Source of the DNA: Bacteroidales bacterium
GTDB taxonomy: Bacteria; Bacteroidota; Bacteroidia; Bacteroidales; Paludibacteraceae
Direction of reading: 5' to 3'
Assembly (NCBI GenBank): GCA_015061145.1
Contig: SUXD01000004.1
Coordinates: 36,931 to 100,930, forward strand
Length of the DNA stretch: 64,000 nt
The stretch's first letter is position 1; every line of letters starts with the position of its first letter. The notes under the pieces are model-generated. The model was given only the letters and a program-made list of their open reading frames with translations. It searched no databases and was not told the origin of the DNA. This document shows positions 47,296 through 56,178 of the stretch, in pieces. The translations under genes and the position numbers were made by a program.

Positions 47296-47535
47296 TCATC
47301 TTCTTTTATGTTTATCGGGTACGACAATTTCAAGATGATTAGCACCATAAAACGCAGGGTCATTTTCAATTTCTGTCAAATATTCCTGTTCTCTTTCTTT
47401 TGAATATGCCAATGCTAAATCTGTATTCCAGTCCAACAGTTCCCAATAATCCCAGTCGGCTTCTTTCATCATAAGGTAATCTTCATCTGACAATGGCAGT
47501 TTGATTTTTTCGAAATCTTCTTTTGTAAGTTTCAT
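47296..47535 (-). CDS. Hypothetical small acidic protein (79 aa)
   Basis: ORF starting MKLTKEDFEKIKLPLSDEDYLMMKEADWDYWELLDW.... The ATG lies 40 nt downstream of a TAatTTTG box. No recognisable domain. Confidence 0.45.
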   Translation of the reverse strand: MKLTKEDFEKIKLPLSDEDYLMMKEADWDYWELLDWNTDLALAYSKEREQEYLTEIENDPAFYGANHLEIVVPDKHKRR

Positions 47536-47574
47536 AACAGTAGTATTTAATTGGTTAATAATCTTCCTTTTTGT

Positions 47575-47609
47575 CAAAATTAGTAAAATCAACTGACAAA
47601 TTGCGGCAG
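47575..47609 (-). promoter_or_regulatory. Promoter/operator of the small-ORF/WYL/exonuclease unit
   Basis: Reading the minus strand: CTGCCGCAATTTGTCAG (47609-47593), 10 nt, TAATTTTG (47582-47575). The repeat is 16/17 identical to the element at 45685-45701, with identical spacing. Confidence 0.5.
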
Positions 47610-47673
47610 ATGTGAAAAAAAATTCTGATGGAATCTCAAAATCACTTATTTTTGTAAAAAAGAATGAATTTGT

Positions 47674-48393
47674 ATGGAAAAATGGTATTCACGCACCGAA
47701 CTTTTGTTGGGTAACGAAAAAACAATCCTTCTGCAAAACGCCCATGTAATGGTAGTGGGCATTGGCGGCGTAGGCGGCATGGCTGCCGAAATGCTATGCC
47801 GGGCCGGCATAGGCGAAATGACAATAATCGATGCCGACACTGTTTCTGTCACCAACCTCAACCGACAAATCATTTCGTTGAACGACAACGTAGGGAAAAC
47901 AAAAGCCGAATGCTGGGCAGAACGGCTGAAAAAAATAAATCCTGCGCTGAAACTCAATGTTTTTGCAGCATATATGAACGAAGAAAACATGCTTAATTTC
48001 TTCGAAGGGAAAAAGATAGACTTTGTAGCCGACGCTATCGACACCATCGCGCCAAAAATAGCGCTGATTGAACATTGCATCAAAAACAACATCCCTATCA
48101 TATCGAGCATGGGGTCGGGAGCAAAAACCGACATCACAAAAATATGCCTCACCGACATTGCCAAAACATACAACTGCCGACTGGCGAAAACCGTAAGGCA
48201 ACGACTGGCAAAAGATGGATTCAGACATCTGCCTGTTGTATTCAGCAGCGAACTGCCCGACAAAAATGCCATTATCAGCGTTGAAAACGAGAAAAACAAA
48301 AAATCGACAACCGGCACCATATCATACATGCCAGCTGCCTTCGGATGCTTTATGAGCGCATATATCATCAAAAGACTGTCATCCGACGACTAA
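47674..48393 (+). CDS. tcdA: tRNA threonylcarbamoyladenosine dehydratase (ThiF/E1-like)
   Basis: RTELLLGNEK...VMVVGIGGVGGMAAEMLCRAGIGEMTIIDAD nucleotide fold and NRQ motif. 239 aa. Confidence 0.85.
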   Translation: MEKWYSRTELLLGNEKTILLQNAHVMVVGIGGVGGMAAEMLCRAGIGEMTIIDADTVSVTNLNRQIISLNDNVGKTKAECWAERLKKINPALKLNVFAAYMNEENMLNFFEGKKIDFVADAIDTIAPKIALIEHCIKNNIPIISSMGSGAKTDITKICLTDIAKTYNCRLAKTVRQRLAKDGFRHLPVVFSSELPDKNAIISVENEKNKKSTTGTISYMPAAFGCFMSAYIIKRLSSDD

Positions 48394-48480
48394 AATACAA
48401 GCTCATAAAAGCCGAAACCGCATGCAGTTATTCAGAAAAAAAATCAATAATATTTCATATCTTTACAAAAAATTCATCTG

Positions 48481-49137
48481 ATGATAGAAGTAAAAAACGT
48501 GTGCAAAAGTTTCGGTAACCTGCAAGTGCTGAAAAATGTGAATCTGACGATAGATACGAGCGAAATTGTATCTATAGTTGGGCAAAGCGGTGCCGGAAAA
48601 ACCACTTTGCTGCAAATCATGGGTTCGCTCGAAAAACCTGACAGCGGCGAAATAACCATAGATGGCACTAATATTGCCGCCATGAACGAAAAAGAGCTGT
48701 CGAACTTCAGAAACCGGAATATAGGGTTCATCTTTCAGTTTCACCAACTGCTGCCTGAATTTACAGCTATCGAAAATACCATAATGCCAGCACTCATCGC
48801 CAAAAAAAATTATGCTGAAAGCAAAAAACGAGCCATCGAACTGCTGGAATTTCTTAATCTTAGCAACAGGCTGAACCATAAACCCTCCGAACTTTCGGGC
48901 GGCGAAAAGCAACGCGTGGCTGTGGCGCGCGCACTTATCAACAATCCATCGGTGATTTTTGCCGACGAACCCAGCGGCAGCCTCGATACCAAAAATAAAG
49001 AAGAACTGCATCAGCTTTTCTTCGATCTCCGCGATAAATTTCACCAAACATTCGTGATTGTCACGCACGATAAACACTTGGCAGGCCTCTCCGACAGAGT
49101 GATTGAAATGCAAGACGGGAAAATAATTAATAATTAA
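48481..49137 (+). CDS. lolD: ABC transporter ATP-binding protein, LolD-like
   Basis: Walker [10 protein letters not shown], signature [15 protein letters not shown] and Walker B VIFADEP. 218 aa. Confidence 0.8.
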   Translation: MIEVKNVCKSFGNLQVLKNVNLTIDTSEIVSIVGQSGAGKTTLLQIMGSLEKPDSGEITIDGTNIAAMNEKELSNFRNRNIGFIFQFHQLLPEFTAIENTIMPALIAKKNYAESKKRAIELLEFLNLSNRLNHKPSELSGGEKQRVAVARALINNPSVIFADEPSGSLDTKNKEELHQLFFDLRDKFHQTFVIVTHDKHLAGLSDRVIEMQDGKIINN

Positions 49138-49151
49138 TTACTTCATTTACA

Positions 49152-49403
49152 ATGAATAAGCCATCACTAATAGTGTGTATAATCATGGACATCATTGGAT
49201 GTTTGTCATACTTTATACCTGCCTTAGGCGAATTTTCTGATGCTATATGGGCGCCTATTTCCGCTTACGTTTTTTATAAAATGTTTGGCGGAAAAACCGG
49301 TAAAATTGGAAGTTTGATACAATTCACCGAAGAAATCGTTCCTTTTACAGACTTTCTTCCAACTTTCACTTTGGGATATTTTTTCAAAAAAATAGAAAAA
49401 TAA
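49152..49403 (+). CDS. Hypothetical small membrane protein (83 aa)
   Basis: Two hydrophobic segments. Sits tightly after lolD (14-nt gap). No recognisable motif. Confidence 0.4.
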   Translation: MNKPSLIVCIIMDIIGCLSYFIPALGEFSDAIWAPISAYVFYKMFGGKTGKIGSLIQFTEEIVPFTDFLPTFTLGYFFKKIEK

Positions 49404-49425
49404 AAACGGCTTCTAAAGCTTAACG

Positions 49426-49857
49426 TTAGCGCTTTTTCTTGAAGAACTTTCTCAATAATTCGGCGCACTCATCTTCCAAAACACCTGAAATCACCGTCGT
49501 TTTCGGATGAAATATAGCATTCGAATACTGCGAATAACCCCTTTTTTCGTCTTTTGCACCATACACCACTTTACCTATCTGCGCCCACGAAAGCGCACCG
49601 GCGCACATCACACATGGCTCCAATGTAATATACATAGTGCAATTGACAAGATATTTTCCGCCGAGATATTCTGAAGCGGCCGTCACAGCCTGCATTTCGG
49701 CATGCGCTGTCACATCATGCAAATGTTCGGTGAAATTATGCGTACGAACTATTATTCTGTCGTTACATACAACTACTGCGCCTATAGGCACTTCGTCGGC
49801 TTCAAAAGCAGCCTGCGCCTCTTTCAGCGCCTCTTTCATATAGTATATGTCATCCAT
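49426..49857 (-). CDS. tadA: tRNA adenosine(34) deaminase
   Basis: CDA zinc motifs HAEMQA and PCVMCAGA. 143 aa. Confidence 0.9.
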   Translation of the reverse strand: MDDIYYMKEALKEAQAAFEADEVPIGAVVVCNDRIIVRTHNFTEHLHDVTAHAEMQAVTAASEYLGGKYLVNCTMYITLEPCVMCAGALSWAQIGKVVYGAKDEKRGYSQYSNAIFHPKTTVISGVLEDECAELLRKFFKKKR

Positions 49858-50269
49858 AAAACCACTTGATTTTATAATTGTTCACAAAATTGTTAATAAC
49901 ATTCGGATTATCAATGAAAAAAAATAAAAAATTAATGTTGCAAATATGAAAATAATGCCGTGATATGACAATTTTTTGAATTCCATCATTTTTTATAAAA
50001 AATCTTACAGAATCTATTCAACACAATTTTTGTCCTTTTTAACAACAGTTTTATAAAAATATATTAACTTCGTGAATAATTAACAATTTTGCTAAAAATA
50101 TATATTAAACTAAAAATCAATATATTACAATAAAATAAAATGTTAATAACTGTATTTCCTATTTTTGAAAAACATTAAAGCAAGAAAACATAAAAATAGT
50201 TTTCAGTGTTATAAACAGGAATATATCATAAACATATTTTTTCTTTTTTAAAATTTTAAATTTATATAT

Positions 50270-51214
50270 ATGAAAAGTTCAGAATTGATCGGTGAAATTA
50301 ACCGTTTGCGCAAAGAAAAGAACGCAGTGATAATGGCTCATTACTATCAGACTGGCGAAATACAGGAAATAGCCGATTATGTGGGCGATAGTTTGGCTTT
50401 GGCACAATGGGCGGCAAAAACCGGTGCTGACATTATTGTAATATGCGGTGTACACTTTATGGGTGAGACTGCAAAAATCCTCTCTCCAGGAAAAAAAGTG
50501 CTGATTCCTGACACTGCTGCCGGATGTTCGCTGGCCGACAGTTGTCCCGCCGATAAATTTGCTGAATTTGTAAATGCTCATCCTGGTTATAAAGTTATTT
50601 CGTATGTAAACACCACTGCTGCCGTTAAAGCGCTTACGGATGTGGTAGTCACCTCGACCAACGCACGCCAGATAGTGGAAACTTTCGACAAAGATGAGAA
50701 AATAATTTTTGGTCCCGACCGCAATCTTGGAAATTATATTAACAGTATTACAGGTCGTGATATGTTATTATGGGACGGAGCATGCCATGTACACGAGAAA
50801 TTCTCTGTTGAAAAGATTATAAAGCTTAAAGAGGTTTATCCTGATGCATTGGTGCTGGCACATCCCGAATGTAAGAAACCGGTGCTTACCGTGGCCGATT
50901 ATGTAGGTAGTACAGCTGCATTGCTGAAGTTTTCAACAAAATCGGATTGTAATGTGTTTATTGTGGCCACCGAAAGCGGTATTCTACACGAGATGCAGAA
51001 GGCAAATCCTAAGAAAACTTTTATACCAGCACCTCCTAACGACAGCACTTGCGCTTGCAACGAATGTAACTTTATGCGACTCAATACGCTTGAGAAATTA
51101 TATGATTGTCTGAAGAACGAGACACCCGAAATACTGATTGATGAAAAAATGCAGAAAGCAGCGGTGAAACCTATTAAAAAGATGCTTGAAATATCAGAAA
51201 AATTAGGATTGTAA
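50270..51214 (+). CDS. nadA: Quinolinate synthase
   Basis: AHYYQ, GVHFMGETAKIL, the HPEC motif and a CACNECNFM Fe-S cysteine context. Confidence 0.95.
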   Translation: MKSSELIGEINRLRKEKNAVIMAHYYQTGEIQEIADYVGDSLALAQWAAKTGADIIVICGVHFMGETAKILSPGKKVLIPDTAAGCSLADSCPADKFAEFVNAHPGYKVISYVNTTAAVKALTDVVVTSTNARQIVETFDKDEKIIFGPDRNLGNYINSITGRDMLLWDGACHVHEKFSVEKIIKLKEVYPDALVLAHPECKKPVLTVADYVGSTAALLKFSTKSDCNVFIVATESGILHEMQKANPKKTFIPAPPNDSTCACNECNFMRLNTLEKLYDCLKNETPEILIDEKMQKAAVKPIKKMLEISEKLGL

Positions 51215-51221
51215 TTAAATG

Positions 51222-51250
51222 AAAAAAGCGGCTCAAAGAGTCGCTTTTTT
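51222..51250. terminator. Bidirectional intrinsic terminator between nadA and the convergent lipoprotein gene
   Basis: A6, stem gcggctc / gagtcgc (one G-U pair), then T6. Confidence 0.55.
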
Positions 51251-52347
51251 CATTTTGTGATGTAAATATAAAGATAGTCGTCCAGCGGATTTTCTTCTTC
51301 TTCAATTACAAAATATGGCATTTCTTTGTCCCAATTGCGATAGATGGCGTTTTTGGTGGTGTCTTGTACAAAGTTTTTCACATTTCTCCCCCATTCTTCC
51401 CAATTTTCTGATTCACCTATAAGGCTATGGTATTGCGTTGACCGTCCTACCCTATTGTTGTGTATATCCATCATCAGGTCGCAAGGAGCGTTGTTACCCG
51501 TTTTCTCCCAATAAATGTCCATAATGAGCCAAGCTATTTCTTCTGTGGTGTATCTTTTGAGCATTACATTCACAAAAATATGCCGAAAAGCGTCGCCCAG
51601 CATTCCGTAATTCAGTTGTCCGGGATAATAATGTTCGGCTGCATAAACGGCTCTTGCCTTGCTTTGCATTATTCTGTAGAAAACATAAGAGCCAGGTCCG
51701 AATACAAGCATCGGAATACTCAGATCTTCTTTTAAAAAGAAAGGAATGCTGTCAGAATTCAATCTCTTTTCGAAATGCCATTTTTTATCTGCCACCGTGT
51801 CGTGAAGTTGATCGAAAGAAAAAAATGCGCTATCGTCAGCCAATGAATTAAGTTTCTGATACACATTTATTTCCGTATCTGTCATTTTCAGAAATTTCAT
51901 TTCGTCTTCATCGGATACAAAAGCATGGAATTTTTCTTTTTTCTCAGTAATGTTGAATTCCTTTTGCGGCAGATTCAAAATTTCTTGTTCGGCTTCTGCT
52001 ATCATATCTTCATAGAATTTAGTCATTTTGCTTATCATTCCTTTGTAAGCAGTTTCGGGATACAATTCTATGAGTCTTTTCTCCAGATATATTTCTTTTG
52101 TGAGAGCCGAGTCTTTACGTATTTTTTGGGCTTTTTCGGTATGAAATTTAGGCTTTAGGCTGTCGTGCGCGCTTTCGTATTCGCGTGCCAGAATGTACAG
52201 CACTTCCGCCGGAAACGATGGTATTGCTGCAGTATCGGCTTGTGTGATAGAAAATCCGCTTTCTACAGTTTTATTTTCAGTGATTTTAACTGATTTGCAA
52301 GATATTACAAGAATCAAGAAAATAAGCGGAAACGATATTTTTCTCAT
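51250..52347 (-). CDS. Hypothetical lipoprotein
   Basis: Lipobox MRKISFPLIFLILVISC. The C-terminal part contains GDAFRHIFVNVML...MDIHNNRVG. No function assignable. Confidence 0.55.
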   Translation of the reverse strand: MRKISFPLIFLILVISCKSVKITENKTVESGFSITQADTAAIPSFPAEVLYILAREYESAHDSLKPKFHTEKAQKIRKDSALTKEIYLEKRLIELYPETAYKGMISKMTKFYEDMIAEAEQEILNLPQKEFNITEKKEKFHAFVSDEDEMKFLKMTDTEINVYQKLNSLADDSAFFSFDQLHDTVADKKWHFEKRLNSDSIPFFLKEDLSIPMLVFGPGSYVFYRIMQSKARAVYAAEHYYPGQLNYGMLGDAFRHIFVNVMLKRYTTEEIAWLIMDIYWEKTGNNAPCDLMMDIHNNRVGRSTQYHSLIGESENWEEWGRNVKNFVQDTTKNAIYRNWDKEMPYFVIEEEENPLDDYLYIYITK

Positions 52348-52353
52348 TCGTTG

Positions 52354-53616
52354 TCAGTTTTGATTGTCATGTACATTTTTTGCTTCCACCCATTTGTAAA
52401 GTTTGTCCGAAGGGCGAATTTTTTCGTTCAATTTTATGGAGAATGATTCGCCTTTTTTAGCTTCTTCGGCATTCTTGCAATCAACTTGCATTTCGGTTAT
52501 TTTTGTTTCTATTACGCCGGTTGTCGGTCCCATAATAACCACTTCATCGCCCACTTTCACACTTCCTGTCTCTACATAAAACTCAGCCACGCCAATGTTT
52601 GAGAAATATTTCATTCCTTTGGCTACATACACTTTTTTGTGTGTGGCTTCCGAACCATAATTGGCGCTCCACTCCCCTAGTCTTTGTCCTAAATAATAGC
52701 CGTTCCAGAATCCGCGGTTGAACACTTTGCTCAGTCGGGTGTTCCAGTTTTCTATTTTTTCGTCGGTGAATGTGTTTTCAAGGTAAGCGTTCATCGCTTC
52801 GTTGTAGCATTCGCAGGTTGTTTTCACATACTCGGCGCTTCGTGCGCGACCTTCTATTTTGAAAACTCGCACGCCAGCATCCATCATTTTGTTCAGAAAA
52901 TGTATGGTTTTCAGGTCTTTTGGCGACATGATGTATTGGTTTTCAACATCCAGTTCCACATCACGCTCTTTGTCTATCACATTATAGGCATGTCGACATA
53001 TTTGCATGCATGCGCCGCGGTTAGCCGAAGCGTTCATTTCGTGCAGACTGAGGTAACATTTGCCAGAAATGGCCATGCACAATGCGCCATGACAAAACAT
53101 TTCTATACGTATCAGTTCGCCTTTCGGTCCGCGTATGTTCTGCTCCACAATGTTTTTATGGATTTTTGCCACTTGTTCAAGATTCAGTTCGCGCGCAAGC
53201 ACTACTACATCAGCAAATTGTGCATAAAATCTTAACGCCTCTGTATTTGATATGTTCAGCTGTGTGGAGAGATGAACTTCTACACCTATTTGGTTGGCGT
53301 AGGTCATGGCGGCTATATCGCAGGCTATAATTGCCGAAATTCCGACTTTTTTTGCTGTGTCGATGATTTCCTTCATCAGCGTGATATCATTGTCGTAAAT
53401 CACAATATTCACCGTTAGATAGGTTTTTATGCCGTGTTCTTTGCAGATGCTTACTATTTTCACCAAGTCTTCTGTAGTGAAATTGTTGGACGAGCGGCTG
53501 CGCATGTTCAGTTTTTCTATGCCGAAATAAACCGAATTGGCGCCGCCTTGAATGGCAGCCATCAGCGATTCGTACGAACCTACAGGTGCCATTATTTCAA
53601 AATCTTCACGCTTCAT
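52354..53616 (-). CDS. Peptidase U32 family protein
   Basis: EIMAPVGSYESLMAAIQGGANSVYFG start and the U32 signature region (EMFCHGALCMAISGKCYLS). Start set at MKREDF (53616). Confidence 0.85.
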   Translation of the reverse strand: MKREDFEIMAPVGSYESLMAAIQGGANSVYFGIEKLNMRSRSSNNFTTEDLVKIVSICKEHGIKTYLTVNIVIYDNDITLMKEIIDTAKKVGISAIIACDIAAMTYANQIGVEVHLSTQLNISNTEALRFYAQFADVVVLARELNLEQVAKIHKNIVEQNIRGPKGELIRIEMFCHGALCMAISGKCYLSLHEMNASANRGACMQICRHAYNVIDKERDVELDVENQYIMSPKDLKTIHFLNKMMDAGVRVFKIEGRARSAEYVKTTCECYNEAMNAYLENTFTDEKIENWNTRLSKVFNRGFWNGYYLGQRLGEWSANYGSEATHKKVYVAKGMKYFSNIGVAEFYVETGSVKVGDEVVIMGPTTGVIETKITEMQVDCKNAEEAKKGESFSIKLNEKIRPSDKLYKWVEAKNVHDNQN

Positions 53617-53724
53617 TGTTGTTATTTTTCGCAAAAATACGAAAAAAGGGAAATCTTCACGATAAATCATCTCCAAATCTTCAAATTATCAAATCTTCAA
53701 ATTATTTTTGCAGAAAATATATTT

Positions 53725-54714
53725 ATGAAAATAGGCAACATAGAATTTGGCAAATATCCTCTTTTTCTGGCTCCGATGGAAGATGTAACCGATCCGGCAT
53801 TCCGTCAGTTTTGCAAGCGTTTTGGCGCTGATATGCTTTATACCGAATTCATTTCGGCTGATGCGCTTATCCGTGATATTTCTGCCACTACCCGCAAACT
53901 CACCATTTACGACAGCGAGCGCCCTGTAGCGATACAACTTTATGGTCGCGAACCGGAAGCTATGGCCGAGGCGGCAAAAATTGCTGAAAGTGTTCATTCC
54001 GAGATAATCGACATAAATTTTGGCTGCCCCGTGAAGAAAGTGGCGGGCAAAGGCGCTGGAGCCGGTCTGTTGCGCGATGTGCCAAAAATGCTCGAAATAA
54101 CACGCCAGGTAGTGAATTCCGTTTCGGTGCCTGTAACTGTGAAAACCCGTTTGGGATGGAACGACGACGAAAAAATCATCACTCAAATAGCTGAACCGCT
54201 GCAAGATTGCGGCATTCAGGCGCTTACCATACATGGACGGACAAGGGCGCAGATGTACATCGGCAATGCCGACTGGACATTGATAGGCGAGGTGAAAAAC
54301 AATCCTCGCATCCATATTCCGATTATCGGAAACGGCGACGTATGCACGCCCGAACGCGCTAAGGAGTGTTTCGATCTTTATGGTGTGGATGCTGTCATGG
54401 TGGGAAGGGCTTCTATCGGCAAGCCGTGGGTTTTTGAGGAGATGAAGCACTACCTCTCTACGGGCGAACTGTTGCCGCCAAAATCATTTGCTGCTTGTGT
54501 GGATATTCTGAAAGAATATATAGGCAAGAGCATCGAATGGGTAGGCGACGAGCGGCGCGGTATTGTGCATGTGCGTCGTCATTTGGCTGCCTCGCCTATC
54601 TTCAAAGGCATTCCCGACTTTAAACCTACGCGTATCCGCATGCTTCGTGCCGATACACTGGCGGAATTGTTCGATATTTTTGAAGAAATAGAGCGGAACT
54701 TTATACGTGAGTGA
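53725..54714 (+). CDS. dusB: tRNA-dihydrouridine synthase
   Basis: LAPMEDVTDPAFR, IDINFGCPVKKV and TIHGRTR motifs. The ATG at 53725 is chosen because the longer ORF overlaps the divergent U32 gene. Confidence 0.9.
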   Translation: MKIGNIEFGKYPLFLAPMEDVTDPAFRQFCKRFGADMLYTEFISADALIRDISATTRKLTIYDSERPVAIQLYGREPEAMAEAAKIAESVHSEIIDINFGCPVKKVAGKGAGAGLLRDVPKMLEITRQVVNSVSVPVTVKTRLGWNDDEKIITQIAEPLQDCGIQALTIHGRTRAQMYIGNADWTLIGEVKNNPRIHIPIIGNGDVCTPERAKECFDLYGVDAVMVGRASIGKPWVFEEMKHYLSTGELLPPKSFAACVDILKEYIGKSIEWVGDERRGIVHVRRHLAASPIFKGIPDFKPTRIRMLRADTLAELFDIFEEIERNFIRE

Positions 54715-54721
54715 CTTTCAC

Positions 54722-54786
54722 TTTTGCATAAAAATGGCATGTTTTTTATGTAATTCTTAAAGTCAATTTTAAGATTTGCATAAAAT
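54722..54786 (+). repeat. Direct repeat copy A (about 65 nt) flanking the DUF4143-type ATPase gene
   Basis: ttttgcataaaaatggcatgttttttatgtaattcttaaagtcaattttaagatttgcataaaat. About 85% identical to copy B by eye. Confidence 0.7.
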
Positions 54787-55946
54787 CAGTCGTTTTTCCA
54801 TACTTTTTTCCAAGAAACGAAAAATCCGCTTGTTGTTCTGAAATTGATGTCGCCGCCATATATCACTGCGGTGTTTTCTTGCGGCAAATCGGCTGTTTGC
54901 CTAAAATTTTTCAGCCCGTTTAAAAAATCGCTGTTGATGGTAGCGGAAGATTTTATTTCGTAAGCCTGCAGTGCAAGTCCATTTTCTACCAGCAAATCTA
55001 CTTCATTTTGGTTGCTGTCTCGCCAAAAGTATATCTGTGGTGTTTTGCCTTGTGCGTAATGATTCTTCACACAATCGGCGATAACCATATTTTCGAATAT
55101 CTCGCCGCGCAGATAATGTGTAGCCATTTGTTCGGCATTGGTCATTCCAAGCAGCGATGATAATACGCCGGTGTCGTAAAAATACAGTTTTGGCGATTTT
55201 ATCAAGCGCTTGTTGAAGTTTTTGTGGTAAGGTTGCAATAAAAAAACAATGTAACTTGCCTCTAATATTGACAGCCATGCCTGCACAGTGGGTACGCTGA
55301 TGCCACACTCGTTGGCGAGCGAATTGATATTCAGCAGTTGTCCCACGCGAGCGGCACACAGTTTTAGAAATTTATGAAAAGTAAGCAAATTGCCGATGTT
55401 TCGTAATGTTTGCACATCGCGTTCCATATAGGTTTGTATGTAGTACGGATAGAAATCCGTTGGCTCTATCTCTTTGTCGTAAATGCGTGGATAACCTCCA
55501 GTATAAAGCCATTCGTTGAGATTGTTTTGCATAATGCCTGCACCTTGCATTTCGTTTACCGAAAGCGGAAACAGTTGCAGCACAGCCACTCTGCCAGCCA
55601 GGCTTTGCGAGATTTTCTCTATCAGCAGAAAGTTTTGCGAACCTGAGAGAATATACATGCCGCATTCGTTCTTCTCGTCCACTTTGGTTTGGATGTACGA
55701 GAACAGGTTGGGAGCATATTGCGCCTCGTCTATTATCAGGTGCTCGCCAAAGTTGTTCAAAAAACCACGTGGATCTTCCACCGCCATTCTGCGATAGTCG
55801 GTATCTTCGAGCGAGATATATTGATAGTCGGGAAATGTGTTTTTCAGCAGATATGATTTTCCGCATTGGCGCACGCCTGTGAGCGTAACCACAGGATATT
55901 TTGTGGCTAAGTATTTTAGTTTTTCTGTTATGTCTCTTGCTATCAT
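54786..55946 (-). CDS. AAA-family ATPase with a C-terminal DUF4143-type (PD-(D/E)xK-like) domain
   Basis: Walker A GVRQCGKS and Walker B LIIDEAQ. The C-terminus has a nuclease-like D...ExK (NEVDLLVENG...AYEIKSS). Confidence 0.8.
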   Translation of the reverse strand: MIARDITEKLKYLATKYPVVTLTGVRQCGKSYLLKNTFPDYQYISLEDTDYRRMAVEDPRGFLNNFGEHLIIDEAQYAPNLFSYIQTKVDEKNECGMYILSGSQNFLLIEKISQSLAGRVAVLQLFPLSVNEMQGAGIMQNNLNEWLYTGGYPRIYDKEIEPTDFYPYYIQTYMERDVQTLRNIGNLLTFHKFLKLCAARVGQLLNINSLANECGISVPTVQAWLSILEASYIVFLLQPYHKNFNKRLIKSPKLYFYDTGVLSSLLGMTNAEQMATHYLRGEIFENMVIADCVKNHYAQGKTPQIYFWRDSNQNEVDLLVENGLALQAYEIKSSATINSDFLNGLKNFRQTADLPQENTAVIYGGDINFRTTSGFFVSWKKVWKND

Positions 55947-55986
55947 ACCAATCTATTTTTATGCAAATATATAATTATATTTTAAT

Positions 55987-56050
55987 TTTTGCATAAAAAC
56001 GGCTATTTTTTATGTAATTATCTAAATCGACTTTAAGATTTGCATAAAAT
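55987..56050 (+). repeat. Direct repeat copy B
   Basis: ttttgcataaaaacggctattttttatgtaattatctaaatcgactttaagatttgcataaaat. Confidence 0.7.
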
Positions 56051-56107
56051 AAAATACAAAATTAATCGATGGTTAGTCGCTATTCTATTTTGAAAATGTA
56101 TGATTTT

Positions 56108-56131
56108 TTAATTTTCACTTTTGCATAAAAA
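56108..56131 (+). repeat. Partial repeat copy C (junction sequence)
   Basis: ttaattttcacttttgcataaaaa matches the left edge of copy A (tttcacttttgcataaaaa at 54716-54734). Its first 13 nt recur at 56738-56750. Confidence 0.6.
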
Positions 56132-56178
56132 GACCGTTAAATCATAAAAGCAACAATAGTTTATTGGTTTTTAAAATA

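Noticed and set aside
49858-50269. The AT-rich 412-bp spacer as a chromosomal replication origin.
   Set aside because: I see no TTATCCACA-type DnaA boxes, and no dnaA, dnaN or other origin-linked gene is nearby. It is kept only as a regulatory-region curiosity.
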